From: Azolla caroliniana
Taxonomy: Eukaryota > Plantae > Polypodiophyta
Direction of reading: 5' to 3'
DNA length: 64,000 bases
Assembly (NCBI GenBank): GCA_043228905.1
Contig: JBHGNT010000011.1
Span: 18,414,001 to 18,478,000 of the forward strand
Part shown: in pieces, positions 1 through 12,899 of the stretch
How the letters are laid out: each line of letters starts with the position of its first letter
Numbering within the stretch: position 1 is the first letter of the stretch
Program-made: the position numbers and the translations under genes
The notes under the pieces: model-generated
The model's database searches: none
Seen by the model: only the letters and a program-made list of their open reading frames with translations
What the model was told of the DNA's origin: nothing

Positions 1-3000
1 TACCGCTCGGCTGCGTTCGGGGCACTCTCTATTTAGAATTACATATTTTAATATATGTCTCGAAATTTTTCTGCACTAAGATATTGAGATCATGAAGAAA
101 AGATGAAATATAATGTTTTGTTATATTGCCTTCAAAATTGCCATATCAAACAAATATTGGGGATGTTGCTTAACAAGAAAAATGATTCTTGGTATGTTAA
201 CAATAAAAAACTTGTAACAAGTGTACAATACTCGAATTAAGTGGATTGTAGAATACCCTATTCTTAGTAGAAAATAAAGTGCAACTATATTTATAAACAC
301 TTTCCAAACTTGGGCCTGTTAGAAAAATGTCTCTTCATTCACTAGTGATAATATATGTTGAGAGATAGACATTCTATTATTTTCATCAAAAGTTAAAAAT
401 AATCAATCTATACAATCAAAGTGAGACATTTTCATGTAGCCTATTTGGATTTGACGAGTCTCACTTTATGTGTAGAAATTGTACTAAACCAAGGAGTGAT
501 GGATCATTATGATAATATAAAATCTATCATAAAGTTGTGGAGTCTTGACAAGTGGTGATAAAGACATGAGACGGTGCACGCATAGCTCACCCGTCGTGCC
601 TCAAAGGTTTCCAATTATAAGAAGGACAAAAGTAACCTCTTATAACCCCGCAATATCTCAAGAACTCACAGAACAATTCAAAAGTGCACCAAAGGGAAAC
701 TTGAGTTTACTTGTGGGAATATTTCAAAAAAACTAGGATGACATTTGGTATTTCTAGAAGTTATTGAATTGTCAAGTCTAAAATATAGGGTTTCCCAACT
801 TTGCAATTCTTGAATCATAGATTTCCTTGGAGGCTTCACCTTAGGTGGATTGGAGATTTGCAAGAAGTAGGTGTCTTGAGATAGTAGAAATAAACGATGT
901 TTATAGTAAGTTAAATTACAAGCATGAGTGGATGGTAGAGAGGGAGAATGAGGATTTATAAAATCCACCGCATGGTCATGACTCACGACATGCGATAGAT
1001 ATAGGTTCATAGTGAGCACTCCCTTTTGTTTTCCCCTCTTTCTCATCCATGGCCTAATCACATTGTCCAATTTATTCTTGTCAACTTGTTTGACTCCAGT
1101 CATTTGATCCCTCATGCCAATATCTGGGTTTTTTTTGAGCCCCACGAAAGGTGTGGACTGTTTTATGCATACATTTTATTAGGTTTTAGTTCATAGGTTT
1201 TGTTGAACTATGCACTCTAGTGATTGAAGAATCACTAGAGCTAGGTTTTATCAATTCCTGCTTCATAAACTAGGGCATTATCTAACTAGGAAACTCCTCA
1301 CTCTTACTCTCGAGACAAATATAAATAATAAAACATAATTGAAACTTAATATGTATATGTATATATATATATATTTATTTTGAAAAAAATATTCTTCATT
1401 AGTAGAATTCTCCACACATGACGAAATGATTAGGCTTAAAACATTACAATGGCTCTTGCCATGATGATCTATGAGAACCACAAATAAGGGTAGTGAAAGA
1501 CAAAAAAGGAATGATAGGAGACATCATATATGTACTGAACATAGAACGTCATCCTTCGTTCGAATGTGACCATGTCCTCCGGCTCCATAATTTAGAATAG
1601 TTGTCCTTGTTTTCCTGTCACTTATTCTCCACCTTGCAACTCCTATAATGTCACCTGAGATATGATGAATGATTTGTCGTAGAATGCGGTGGGCGCCTTG
1701 GTTAGCCCAAAACTATCCTCTCCCATGTCAACTCCAACCATGTCCTACATCTCCACGATCGCCAATAATATGCTTCTATAAAACCTCTAGAGTCCACACC
1801 ATCAACACTCAACTTTATCACAACCTCAAGAAGTATTCTTCATGTTTCCTGTTGAGAATCAAGCTCAACCTAATGCAACGTGTGAACACACCCTTTGAGA
1901 ATCTATGATCACTCAAAGGTCAAGAGTCACGCCACTACTCTCTACACATTAACTGTGTGTCATAGAATCATATATTATGACACATAACTAATGAGTGACT
2001 ATGAGTCTTCACATTCCCCAAGAGAGACTAGTTGTTGTAGTGAGTTAATGAAGAGAGAGGGTGACCTTGTATAAAGCACCCTCCTCTTACTTCATATAGT
2101 GGCGGCTGTGACTCCTTGTAATGCTATATTTTGTATTTGCTATTCTCCTTGTTAATATACACATTCTTCTTGAGTACTTTATTTTTCTTTCATCTATTCA
2201 TCTCGTGTTTTCTCTTCTCCCATCTCTTTCCACTCATACATACACATAACACACATCTCTTCCACTACACAAGAATCATATCCGATTCTTTACATTTCCA
2301 CATCAACCATCTCGGCGGTTACCACCAAAATCCTGTACCTACAACAACAAAATGAATATAATGTCCTTGTCTCCTCATGAAAATATGCTTCGGCCCCCAC
2401 CCCATCATCACTCATCCTGATCCAAAATAGACAATTTACTTCTTAATATATTTAACAATTAGTTAATCACTTAATTAACTAATGACTTAAATAGGAAATC
2501 ATTAACATCAAGTACTCTACTATTAAATAATTGTCAAGCTCACCATAGTCTTATAATAGTGTGGATCTTAAGCACTTATGATAGATTCCTAAGACTTAAT
2601 GTTGGAGATTAGGAAGAGGCTTAAGGTTACACTTAGAAGTGAATCTGATAAAGCTCAAAAACTTTTTTGTCTTCAAATTAGTCCCAAGAGAATAACCACA
2701 TATAACGTTTCACGCCACTATCCATCAAGATTATTGATGATTCACAATACTTAATTACTATCATCCAACCAATATATCTGAACATTGAATTGCAAGACAT
2801 GAATGTTAGATTCTTGAATTACATAAATAATATAATCTTTATCTCCATCTTAAAAAACAAACTAGATTTGTGGTTACTTTGTAAGGAAAGTTCCAATATT
2901 GTTAATAGTAAGAAAGAACTACTAACACATTATTTAGTAACAAATAATGCTATTTCCAAATATTAGTCAAAATTGAATTCCAATTCAAATTTATCAAGTA

Positions 3001-3773
3001 GTTGAAATTGAACCTTCCCCCACAAGAAAGATTTGATGTTTTTGCATGACTAAGATACTGAGAATGGGGGATTATAATTGATTCAGCATAGTGAGTCTGC
3101 GGTTAATGGCTTCAATGCTTATGTTGTCCTAAACCTCCCGTACACCTTTGTGATTCTTCGATGAACGGGGAAACCAACCGTACACATTGTTATGTACATT
3201 TCAGAGCCCATCTCCTTGTATGCCATCCGAACCGTTGCTTCATTGTGACTTAGCTCACAAACACATAATGATGTGAAGGGGTCTTGGGGGCCACAAGTAA
3301 CTATGCAAACTTTGCCCGAAACAAGTCCGGGAGTTGTAAGTATCACACATTGATACAACGCTCTTCTACATTTTGATCATACTCGACTATGCTTTTTCCA
3401 CACATCTTCGACTAAACCCAATCCTTGCGCGAATTTCGCTCACAATCATAATCATACAACAATGTGCACAATTCACTGGTAAAAAGTTCTCGAACATAGA
3501 ATGTGCACATAGTTCATCACGAAAGTTCTTCGTGAACATTGGAGAGTTTTGTTTTTTTTCCAAAGAAAGGAATGAACATGGAGAGTTTACTTATGACTCA
3601 CTTTCACATGAGTTATGTGAAATAGGGAGAGTAAGAGAATTAAAAGTCTATCTATCTAGACTTATGAGAAGAAGAGGGGGAGCTTAGTTCTCTTAACTTA
3701 TATATATATATATATATGTACATACTCTGTTCTGTCTCTGCCTCCATCCTCTGTTTCTGTCTCGGTGTCCCTC

Positions 3774-3813
3774 TACCCTGCTAATCGGAGCATAATACCC
3801 TGCTAATCGGAGC
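3774..3813. repeat. 18-bp direct repeat TACCCTGCTAATCGGAGC x2 upstream of SUVH
   Basis: Exact copies at 3774-3791 and 3796-3813. Confidence 0.85.
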
Positions 3814-4010
3814 TTAAGCAAGCAAGAAAGTGAAAAAGGTTATTTCTCTGTCTCTGTCTCTGTCTCTGTCTCTCGATCTTTGCTTTCTAAGTACATAGAA
3901 GGTAAGCAACAGAGACAGGGGAAAAAGGTCCACATGCCGGAGTGAAGTCGCAAATCGGACGGCCAGGCCATGGAGTAGAGGCCCTGTTGGTGAGCCCTGT
4001 CTCATAAAAA

Positions 4011-5963
4011 ATGAAGGAAGAAAAAGAAGAAGTGGAAGCTCTGTTCCCCACTTCCCAAATTCGCCTGCCCGACCCTGCCCTGTATGTTCCCCCGAATCTA
4101 CAACTAGTGCCCATGAAACTGCAGAAATCGACAGCTGTTCGAGATTATCCCGATGGATGTGTCCGCCGGAGGATAACTACTCTTGTCATCCACAAGGAGA
4201 TATGTGATGGAATTGAGGACACACCTGACACAAATGGTAAGGAATTAGATCATATCATTCAAAATGCCATTCCTGTAAGCCAATATCCCAATCAAATCGA
4301 TTTTCTCGCTCCCCTTCTTACTCCTGCTACTCCCAAATCTCCTCGCACAAGGAAAACAAAAAAGAAAGAGAACAATAAGAAGAGGTCGTCCGATTATTCG
4401 GCCTCAAAATTAGCTATTTCGCGCGTTAAGAACCCAATAAACCTGTGCACTGCACTTGTACCATACGTCCAGAATTATGATGCTCGAAGTGCAGTGATAA
4501 AAACACTCCGGATCTATGATGCGGTGAGGAGGAGCTTGTTACTCGACGAGGATTTGAAGTTTAATCGGGCCGACCTTCATGCGGGTACTACCCTCATCAA
4601 ACATGGACTCTCAATAAACAGAAACACTGCAAAGTTAGTGGGCGAATTTCCTGGGGTTGAGATTGGAGATGTATTTTTCTTCAGGATGGAGCTATGTTGT
4701 ATTGGAATGCATGGTCCTGTACAAGGTGGGATCGCTTATGGCCACCCAGAAAACTCTATTTATGATAGACCCATTGCCCTCTCTATCATCTCTTCAGGTG
4801 GCTATAGTGCCAAAGATAGCGGTGATGTGCTTATTTACACCGGTCAAGGTGGAAAACCCAGGCAAGATGGTAAGCAAACAGAAGATCAGAAGCTCGAACG
4901 AGGAAATCTAGCCATGGAATGTAGCTATAGGAACAATGTTCCAGTGAGGGTTATCCGAGGAATTAAGGACCCGAACAGTCCATCTGGGAAAACTTATACG
5001 TATGATGGGCTCTATAAGGTCGATAAAGTGTGGACGGAGAAAAACAATTTGGGGTTCAGCGAGTTCAAATTCAAGCTAAATCGATTGCCTGGCCAACCTG
5101 AACTTGGATCGGCTATGGTAAAATTGTCTAGCAAATTGAAATTTGAGCCTCATTCACGCGAAGGTTTGCGTATCCATGACATTTCAGGTGGGAAAGAGGC
5201 GTTACCTGTATGTGTTGTGAACACTGTTGATGACGAGGAGAGACCCATGCCCTTCATTTACTCTACAAGTATGCATGATGTATGTGAACCGGCCCTTAAG
5301 CTCTGGCATCTCCAAACAACCAATTCTAAGAGTATTTGTGCCTCAATGAAAAGTTGCACCTGTCTACGAAAGAATGGAAACAAGGCACCTTATTTAACCA
5401 CAGGGTTGCTTGTTAAGGAAAAGACCATCATATATGAATGTGGTAAGTCTTGTAAATGCTCTCTCAATTGTGTGAATAGGGTTACTCAAAAGCCGAGCAA
5501 ATTCCGCTTTGAGGTTTTTAAGACTGGGGACAACCGCTGGGGGTTAAGGTCTCAAGATGTGATTCCAAGTGGAAGTTTTGTATGTGAATATATCGGGGAG
5601 CTCGTGGATGATAATCATCCATTAAAAAGCCAAGATTACTATTTGGATCTTGGCAAGATTACTGACAAAGATGCCCCTAAATGGGGCGATGTGCCAGCCC
5701 ATATTATTGAGAAGAAAAATTCAATGCATGTGGATGGTGAGGAAGATGATGAAGAACCCGGGACAGCATTTACCCTTGATTCTACAGAAATTGGTAATAT
5801 GGCTCGATTCATCCACCATAGTTGTTCACCAAATTTGCTTGTACAACGTGTGATATGGGATCATCATCGAACAGAATGGCCACCTCATGTGATGCTTTTT
5901 GCTATGGATAATATTGCGCCTTTTCGGGAGCTTACTCTCAATTATGGCCATACACTATCATGA
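4011..5963 (+). CDS. SUVH: SU(VAR)3-9 homolog (SUVH family): SRA/YDG, pre-SET and SET domains, no post-SET; intronless, 650 aa
   Basis: SRA motifs GEFPGVEIGDVFFFRMEL, SIISSGGY, LIYTGQGG, DQKLERGNLA, YTYDGLYKV; pre-SET ECGKSCKCSLNCVNRVTQ; SET WGLRS, FVCEYIGE, ARFIHHSCSPN, ELTLNYG. Subfamily not resolved by eye. Confidence 0.93.
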   Translation: MKEEKEEVEALFPTSQIRLPDPALYVPPNLQLVPMKLQKSTAVRDYPDGCVRRRITTLVIHKEICDGIEDTPDTNGKELDHIIQNAIPVSQYPNQIDFLAPLLTPATPKSPRTRKTKKKENNKKRSSDYSASKLAISRVKNPINLCTALVPYVQNYDARSAVIKTLRIYDAVRRSLLLDEDLKFNRADLHAGTTLIKHGLSINRNTAKLVGEFPGVEIGDVFFFRMELCCIGMHGPVQGGIAYGHPENSIYDRPIALSIISSGGYSAKDSGDVLIYTGQGGKPRQDGKQTEDQKLERGNLAMECSYRNNVPVRVIRGIKDPNSPSGKTYTYDGLYKVDKVWTEKNNLGFSEFKFKLNRLPGQPELGSAMVKLSSKLKFEPHSREGLRIHDISGGKEALPVCVVNTVDDEERPMPFIYSTSMHDVCEPALKLWHLQTTNSKSICASMKSCTCLRKNGNKAPYLTTGLLVKEKTIIYECGKSCKCSLNCVNRVTQKPSKFRFEVFKTGDNRWGLRSQDVIPSGSFVCEYIGELVDDNHPLKSQDYYLDLGKITDKDAPKWGDVPAHIIEKKNSMHVDGEEDDEEPGTAFTLDSTEIGNMARFIHHSCSPNLLVQRVIWDHHRTEWPPHVMLFAMDNIAPFRELTLNYGHTLS

Positions 5964-7449
5964 CAAGCAGAAAGACTTGGGTAGTGAAGGAATATTAGGT
6001 AGGTAGATTAGATCAACTTCTTTTGGATTTAAACATGGATTCTTTTGGAGAGGTTCCTTGTTTAAAGATTTGTTCTTCAGAGCAACTCCTGATGCCCCTC
6101 CATGATGTAAATTATGTGACTTTTTGCACCGACTTGATGTAATTCCATTGATGTATTTTTGTTGTGGTTTCACTATTTAATTGTTTGTGGTTTAGGAAAG
6201 GATAGTTAGTCTTTTTGTTTTGTCTCTCATTGGAGCTTATTAGTAGGCTCTTCTAGTTTAGGAAGGCACATCTTTTACATGTTTTTATTTTGTCTCTCTT
6301 TCAAGTTAATGGGTATGGTATGGTTTTTGGGTTTAGAAAGATATCCTTTACATGTTTGTTTTGTCTCTTTCAAGCTATTGGGTGTGGTATGGTTTTGGAA
6401 CAGACATATTTTGACAACCTCTTGAGGGATTCAGTGTTCATGATGCTTAGATGGCCAAGTTTATATGGAAATTCTCTTGTTGAAAGTCGCAAAGTTGGGT
6501 CATTGCATGATATCATTAAACCTGCAATGTATCTGATGTATAAACGTAATTTGCATACACCCATTTCATCAGGTGTTTATATCAGATAGAAATACATGGT
6601 TGTGGAAATCCAAATAAATCCGCAAACATCTTTACTATAGCATTCAAAATCCTAGTTGCAGAAAAGAGTGAGAGAATAATAAAAGAGAAGTTAAGGGCAT
6701 GTTATCCTATATAAGCCATGGAGTAGATAGATAGCAGTTTTATGAGACCTTGAGATTTTGCATGAGAACCTTGCATCTGAAACTATATTGAAACAATATT
6801 GGGATTGCCACAGTTTTCTCCACGAAGTGTCGACTTCTACATATCCTTGAGATAGACATTTCCAGGTGATTTTTAATGGCATAACGATTTGTTACACTGT
6901 TAACAGAACTATTTATATGCAAATGATTTAAGGAGAAATCCAACAAAACAACCTTGACATTGTAATTATTGGTGGTATTGTGTACTCTACTAATTTATGC
7001 TTGTCTGATATAGGTGGTCAACCTATCAAGATTGTGACTCTCCCCTTTTCTTATGTCATATTTGTCGACCTCATTGGTTGATTCATTAGATGTTGAATGT
7101 CATGTGTAGAGTTGTACCATTATCTGTTTCCATAAGGATATACACACTAGCCTTGAGTAAATTGTATAAGCGTTAGTGCTAAGACCTTTGATTTGAAACT
7201 TAGATAGATTTAAATTCTCTCTACGTAGTCAAGAGAGATCTTTGCGGGACTCTCACCATGACCAGGTTTAAGAGTCTCCATGAAACCCTACTTATATACA
7301 TACCCAATCAGGTTCTTTAGGACACATACATTACTGATGCCTTTGTCCACATTTCTCTAACATGTTGTTGCTTATGAAACACAACATCATACTCACCAAT
7401 TATTGCCTCATATTGACCTCTTACATTATGTAGAAGCATCAATCATAAT

Positions 7450-7695
7450 GGGGGCCTTATATTGACCTCTTGACTAACCCAATCACATTCAGTTTGACTT
7501 TTTGAAATACACATTTACATCTTGCCTTCCACAATACCCAAATTACTAAAGAAGATATCGTAGACCAAACCTTGTCCTCTACCAAATGGCAGATTGTTGT
7601 AGCATAAGAGACATCCAATACCCGCCTTCCATTAGAGAGGAGAAGAAAATCAACACACTCCTTTTCATAATTTTGTATTTCTTCAACAAGCCTTT
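7450..7695 (-). mobile_element. L1-type LINE ORF2 C-terminal remnant (left part, split by the copia insertion)
   Basis: Minus strand reads ...VWSTISSLVIWVLWKARCKCVF..., the IWxxWKxRNxxxF-type motif of plant L1 ORF2. In frame with the 52424-53090 part once the copia and one TSD are removed. Left boundary approximate. Confidence 0.7.
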
Positions 7696-8619
7696 TGTTG
7701 AATATGGGTCTTTAATGGACGTATTCACATTGCCCCATTGTCCATACTAGGTTTAGGCTATTCCTGTAAATAGTGAAAACGACAGTTGCCCGAAGTTAGT
7801 TAGTATTTAAACTAACTCTTGTAACCTAGTGTTGAAGGGTTTTTTTTCATCTTGTACATTGTGCCATTGTAACTTTTTGAGAGAATAATACAAGTTACAT
7901 ACTCTTGTGCCTACTCCGTTGTCTCTTTTGCCTCGTTTCCATTGTTGATCTTGTCTTATGTTTCAATTGCCGATTGTTATCAATAAGTTTTTATACACGC
8001 TTAAGATCTTCCAAAAGAAGAGTGTTGAGATTGTCCCGCATAAGACGACTGCTTTCAACATTTGGTATCAGAGCTTGGTGTTTTCGATTCTAAATCTAGT
8101 CGCCTTCTTGTCTCCATCAACAACACTTCTTTTTTTCACTTCTGAAGATCATTTCTGGTATAATAGATTCCAAGATTTCAGTCCTACTGAAATCCCTCGC
8201 TTGGCAACTCCCTACAAGATCATTGTCAGCGAAGAGAAACACATGAAAAGTTTGCACTCCCCTATTTTAAATCACTGTTAAAGTGCATCGACCAGCTATA
8301 CTTTGTCTTCTTGTGATTGTAGCCACTCGGAGTGAGATTTCTTCATTGGATTGGCAATACTTGTGCTTCATCTGGTTAGGCGACAATCAAATAGGTCATC
8401 CGACGTTGTTCACCCACTCGTCGTAACCACTCGAAGAAAAGTCGGCCCCAGGATCCAACCCCCCTTCTATGCTTCATTCGGCCAAACGACACTCGAAAAT
8501 ATCAGTAAGATCTATTCCTCTCGTCGTTGTAGCCACATGATGCAGATTCCAACTCGATCAAGGTCGGAAATTCCCGACACTGCGCTATAATCAGAATCGG
8601 CACAGTAGGGCTCAACCTC

Positions 8620-9352
8620 TCGGGTGGCTCCACATTAGTACTACACAATGTTCGACACGTACCAGAGCTCTTAAGACCATTGATCTAAGTCAGACAATTA
8701 GATGAAGACGACATTTGTTTTGGCTTCTCATCAGCACGGTGGACACTCCATAGGGGGAACCTCCTGCTTGCTTGAGGTTTGAAAGTACATTCATTGTACC
8801 CACCATATGCCACACTCAGAGAGGGTGACTCGTTTTTGGTTGACATCCCAGTGTCATCGTTATGGCACGGACGACTTAGACACCTCAGCAAGGCCAAGAT
8901 AACACACTTATCCAGAGCCGGATATATCCCCAAACTCTCTTTCTTAGATCACCAATTCTACGAGCATTGCCAATATGGCAAACAAGTCATTGCCTCACAC
9001 CCTATGATCGCACCGAGAGAATCGAGTCTATTGGATTTAGTCCATTCGGATGTTTGTGGCCCTATGCGACATCAATCTCTAGGTGGTGCCTTCTATTTCA
9101 TCAGCTTCATTGACGACTCGACTAGAAAGGTGTGGGAATTTCTGGCCAGAACCAAAGATTGGGTCTTCTCAATCTTCCAAGAATGGCTTTCTATGGTCGA
9201 AAATTAGTTCGACCGAAAGCTTAAAAGCCTTCGAACCTACAACAGGGGAGAATTCAAGTATGAAGAATTCGTCATATTTTGCCTACAACGCGGCATCAGA
9301 TGTGAATACACGGCACCACACAGTCCAGAACAAAATGGAATTGCCGAGCGGA
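8620..9352 (+). pseudogene. Copia pol fragment 1: protease end, GAG-pre-integrase and integrase core
   Basis: TLVLHNVRHVPEL; LWHGRLRHLS; LDLVHSDVCGPM; FIDDSTRKVW; PEQNGIAERM, interrupted by element A. Confidence 0.88.
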
Positions 9353-9362
9353 TGTCATGGTA

Positions 9363-9430
9363 TGGCTCCAAAAAGATTTGAACCCATGACCTCGTGTTAC
9401 GTAGGTTGAATCCTTACCATTAAACTATAC
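9363..9430 (-). promoter_or_regulatory. tRNA-like Pol III A-box/B-box cassette in the A LTR (also about 37327-37394)
   Basis: Minus strand TAGTTTAATGGTAAG...GAGGTCATGGGTTCAAATC with tRNA-gene spacing. Confidence 0.6.
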
Positions 9431-10772
9431 ATTGTAATATATAAAAGATTATTTTCATTTATTATTTCACTATAGGAAATTCATGTATATTCCAAATTAC
9501 TTTGGAACATTCTAGAAACTTTGGGAGTACTCCTGACAATACTATAAATAGAGGAACATGGCATTATTGAGAACCAATTCGGTTCAACGCCAGTCTTAAG
9601 CCTCCTAGCTGTTCTTGTATCCTTCTTCATATAATATACTTCTTATTGTCATCACTCACTCACTCACTCACTCACTCTCTTTCTCTTCTCCTCTCGTGAC
9701 TCTTACACACTCTTTCCCTTCTTAGTACTAATCCTCATTCTTCCGCTCTATCTTTAGTACTAATTTTCCTTGCCTCTAGTACTATCCTTGACAATTTGAA
9801 CCGAATTCCTCATCTTCTTATCCCTCCTTCCCTTCATACTAATCCGTTTATCCTTCCTTCCTCCAATACTAAATGGCAACTGTTCGCGCTCAAGAATACC
9901 AATCCGTTTTCTCATAGCTCCAGTGCTTAAAAGTAAAGTTTGTAGCACTAGAACAAGAAAATCAATGTTTGTTGGGGGATCTTCAACAAATTGCTCTAGA
10001 AAAACAACAACACGGGGAGTTGACGTTACACGTTGTCGTGAAGAAAACCGCCCACAAGAGGAATCGGAGGAACAAGGCGTGGGAAACGGCTCTACACACA
10101 CCCGCGCGCCAAGAAGTACCTAAGGACGAAGTAGGTACATACGAGGATCCTAGGTGGGTAGATTCGGTTGGTATGCAGTTAATGCCAAACGGCCTCTTGA
10201 CGGGCTATAAAAGGAAGAGGAAGACTAGAAGTGGTGGTATCTCGCGCGGAGAGGACGAAGTGCTGCCGAACCGATTTCGGAGCTTCTCTCTCACTCCTGC
10301 CTTCTCTGTCTTCTGCTCCATCGCGTACCTGTGCAGGTTTCAAGGAGGCTTGCGCTGTTCCGTGGAACGCCCCGAGCGCGTCCTGCAGCACCTCCGACCT
10401 GTTTTCCCTTTCTGTGCGTCGCAACATACAGGGGTCGGCATCTGTTCGCCGCCCTGTTCGTTTTCGTTAGTATCTATTTCGTGCCCCACCGTGGGTTGTA
10501 ATACTTTAGTCTGTTATTTTCTTGCATTCATAAGTACATATCTTTCGTTGTTGCGTCCATCTGCGTCGGCGTTTATTTGTGATCTCTGTTTGTTGGGCCG
10601 TGTCCCTATGCAATCTTCGGTTCTGTGTAATCGGGTCTCTCTCTCTTACTCCTCTCTCTCCTGCTCTTCGGTCCAAGACCCCCGTGGTCCCTCCTCCTTT
10701 CTGCACGCAAGGGCGTAGCAACCGCCACATCTTGGTGAACCCGACGTGAAAGAGGCGGCAGAAGAGTAGGAA

Positions 10773-12899
10773 ATGAAGGGGGCGGATCTTGCAGAGGCCA
10801 TGGCTTCGGCCGTGGATCGGATAGTAAGCGCGCGCGAGGGCACCGGCGCCCTCGATAGAGCTATTGAGGCGGTCGTCGGAACGATCGGTCGATTCACCGG
10901 AAAAGATGCCACGAAGTACCTGGCGTCCTACGGTGCGGAAATGTTAATGCGGGACATTCCGGAAGACAGGCGTCTTGCCGGTTTTCCCCGAGTGGCGATG
11001 CCGAGCATCCACGCGGAGGTGCTCGAGGTGCGGGCGGAGAGCCGTACCTGGGAGGAGTTCGAAGGTCGGCTCCTGGAAAAATACGGACTGGACGACGCGC
11101 TCCGGCTTTCGAAGCGAAGCTTCATGGAGTGGGTGGAGTCTCCCGGGAAAGGAAGGAATGCGTCGGCACTCCTCCGGGAGTTCGAGGAGAACTTCGCGCG
11201 CCTTTCGGCGCTTGACAGGATGGTCCTGGATACAAGCCGGGTCCTGCTGTTCGTCAAATCGGTTGACGAGAGGGATCGGAGTCACGTGGGCGCCCTGCTA
11301 GAAACCGAAGACGGGCTGACAGCCGACTGGGCGGCGGTCAAGAGAGCCTGCGGCCGTTTCGACAAACGGCGAGAATGGGAGGATGACAGAGCAACCGGGT
11401 CGGGCTCAGTCGCGGCGAGGATACTCGAGCCGGCGCAGCCGGTGCGAAGGGAAGAGACTCGGGAGTGGCTGGAATCCGGTTCAGCTCCGACCGGCGTGAT
11501 CAGAGGCACGACTGGAGGAGCTGCGTTGGAGGAACTGACGAGGGCGATAAAAGACCTCCAAATCGCACAAGCCCGCAGAGAAGGCGGAGGACCTGCTCGT
11601 GACCGACGGCCGGCGGCGGGGAACAGGTGCATGTGGTGCGACGGGGTCGGCCACATCCGAAAAGACTGCGGCGATTTCGCAGAGGCGCTGAAGAACCGGG
11701 TGGTATACCTATGGGAAGGCCGGGTTCACGCCAACGACACGAGAAGGGCCCTAAACCGAAACGACGGGCGAGGCGGAATGAAGAGGTTGATGGAAGAGGC
11801 GGCGGCCCGACATGCGGAAACCGTCCACTACTCGGCGTCGGCCGGTATTCGAGTCGGGGGCAACGAGGCCCGAAGAGGAAGCAAAGCCGGATTCTGGCCG
11901 ACGGTGCTGGAAGGCCTTGCCGATACGAGGATGAAGAGGGAGGAATCGGACCGTGCGGAGAAACGGGTACGGGAGATGACCGGGTGGAGCGACCCGGTCG
12001 AGGAAAAGACGGGCTTCGTGGAAGCCGCTTGCCGGAACTACGAGGCTCTGGTAGAAGAGAAGCGGGTGGGGAAACCCGGGACGACCGGGCCCTCACAACG
12101 ATACGAGACCCGGTCCGGGCCACGACGGGATGAAGCCGGCGGGGCCGGTACGCAAGATAAACCCCAGAAGGGCGGGTACCGTCTGGGGACGGAGATAGAA
12201 AGAACCACGGACTTACGAAAGGTCCTGGAGGAACGGATCCTCGACAGCAAGGTGGAGCTGTCGCTACGGGAGGTGCTGGGAATCGCCAAGAAGGAGTTCC
12301 ACGACTCCATCGTGGACTTGGTGAAACGGAAGAGGCTGTCAACGGAGACAGAACCGGAAAGACCGGTGGAAGTACGGACGACGCACCTAGACGACATGGC
12401 GCTGGGAGACGAGTGGGCGGAAAGCCACTATTCGAGACCGCACTGGGCCCGAGCGACCACGGAAACCCCGGTGAAGATCGGCGATGTCCAGGAACCGGTG
12501 ATAGCTTTGGTAGACCACGGATCGGAGATCAATTTGATGTCCATGGACTTCTATAAGAAGGGCAAATGGCCGATCAACACCAAGCACGGGTGGAAAATAA
12601 GGGCAGCAACGCGCGCCACCGAGGAACTGCACGGGGCCTGTCCGAATGTGCGAGTCAAGATCGGCGACGTCGAGATTGACCAGCACTTCTTCGTGCAGGA
12701 GACGTCCTCGCATCCGGTCATACTGGGAGAGCCGTACATCACGGCGGCGCGAATGGAGACCAAGGTGCTGGACAATGGTTCGGCCTATGCGCGGGTCAAG
12801 AGCCAGGACGGGCGCCATTCGGTCCAGTTTTTGACGGTTAGGCCGAACCACGAGCGTAACCGCGACTCCCTCGGTTCCGATAACCGAGAGGATTTTTAG
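10773..12899 (+). CDS. C1 Gag-protease (708 aa)
   Basis: CCHC knuckle CMWCDGVGHIRKDC; aspartic protease ALVDHGSEINLM...VILGEPY at the C-terminus. Confidence 0.93.
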   Translation: MKGADLAEAMASAVDRIVSAREGTGALDRAIEAVVGTIGRFTGKDATKYLASYGAEMLMRDIPEDRRLAGFPRVAMPSIHAEVLEVRAESRTWEEFEGRLLEKYGLDDALRLSKRSFMEWVESPGKGRNASALLREFEENFARLSALDRMVLDTSRVLLFVKSVDERDRSHVGALLETEDGLTADWAAVKRACGRFDKRREWEDDRATGSGSVAARILEPAQPVRREETREWLESGSAPTGVIRGTTGGAALEELTRAIKDLQIAQARREGGGPARDRRPAAGNRCMWCDGVGHIRKDCGDFAEALKNRVVYLWEGRVHANDTRRALNRNDGRGGMKRLMEEAAARHAETVHYSASAGIRVGGNEARRGSKAGFWPTVLEGLADTRMKREESDRAEKRVREMTGWSDPVEEKTGFVEAACRNYEALVEEKRVGKPGTTGPSQRYETRSGPRRDEAGGAGTQDKPQKGGYRLGTEIERTTDLRKVLEERILDSKVELSLREVLGIAKKEFHDSIVDLVKRKRLSTETEPERPVEVRTTHLDDMALGDEWAESHYSRPHWARATTETPVKIGDVQEPVIALVDHGSEINLMSMDFYKKGKWPINTKHGWKIRAATRATEELHGACPNVRVKIGDVEIDQHFFVQETSSHPVILGEPYITAARMETKVLDNGSAYARVKSQDGRHSVQFLTVRPNHERNRDSLGSDNREDF

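Noticed and set aside
1649-2346. Possible solo LTR (TGTCA...ACAACA, TATA-like near 2070)
   Set aside because: No convincing TSD or second copy in the window.
10025-10033. Extended palindromic target (GTTACACGTGCAAC at the reconstructed C1 empty site)
   Set aside because: The other three RCGT sites show no extended palindrome, so only the 4-bp core is claimed.
9969-10718. 249-aa ORF fusing A gag to the C1 LTR frame
   Set aside because: Chance in-frame junction created by the insertion; non-ATG start.
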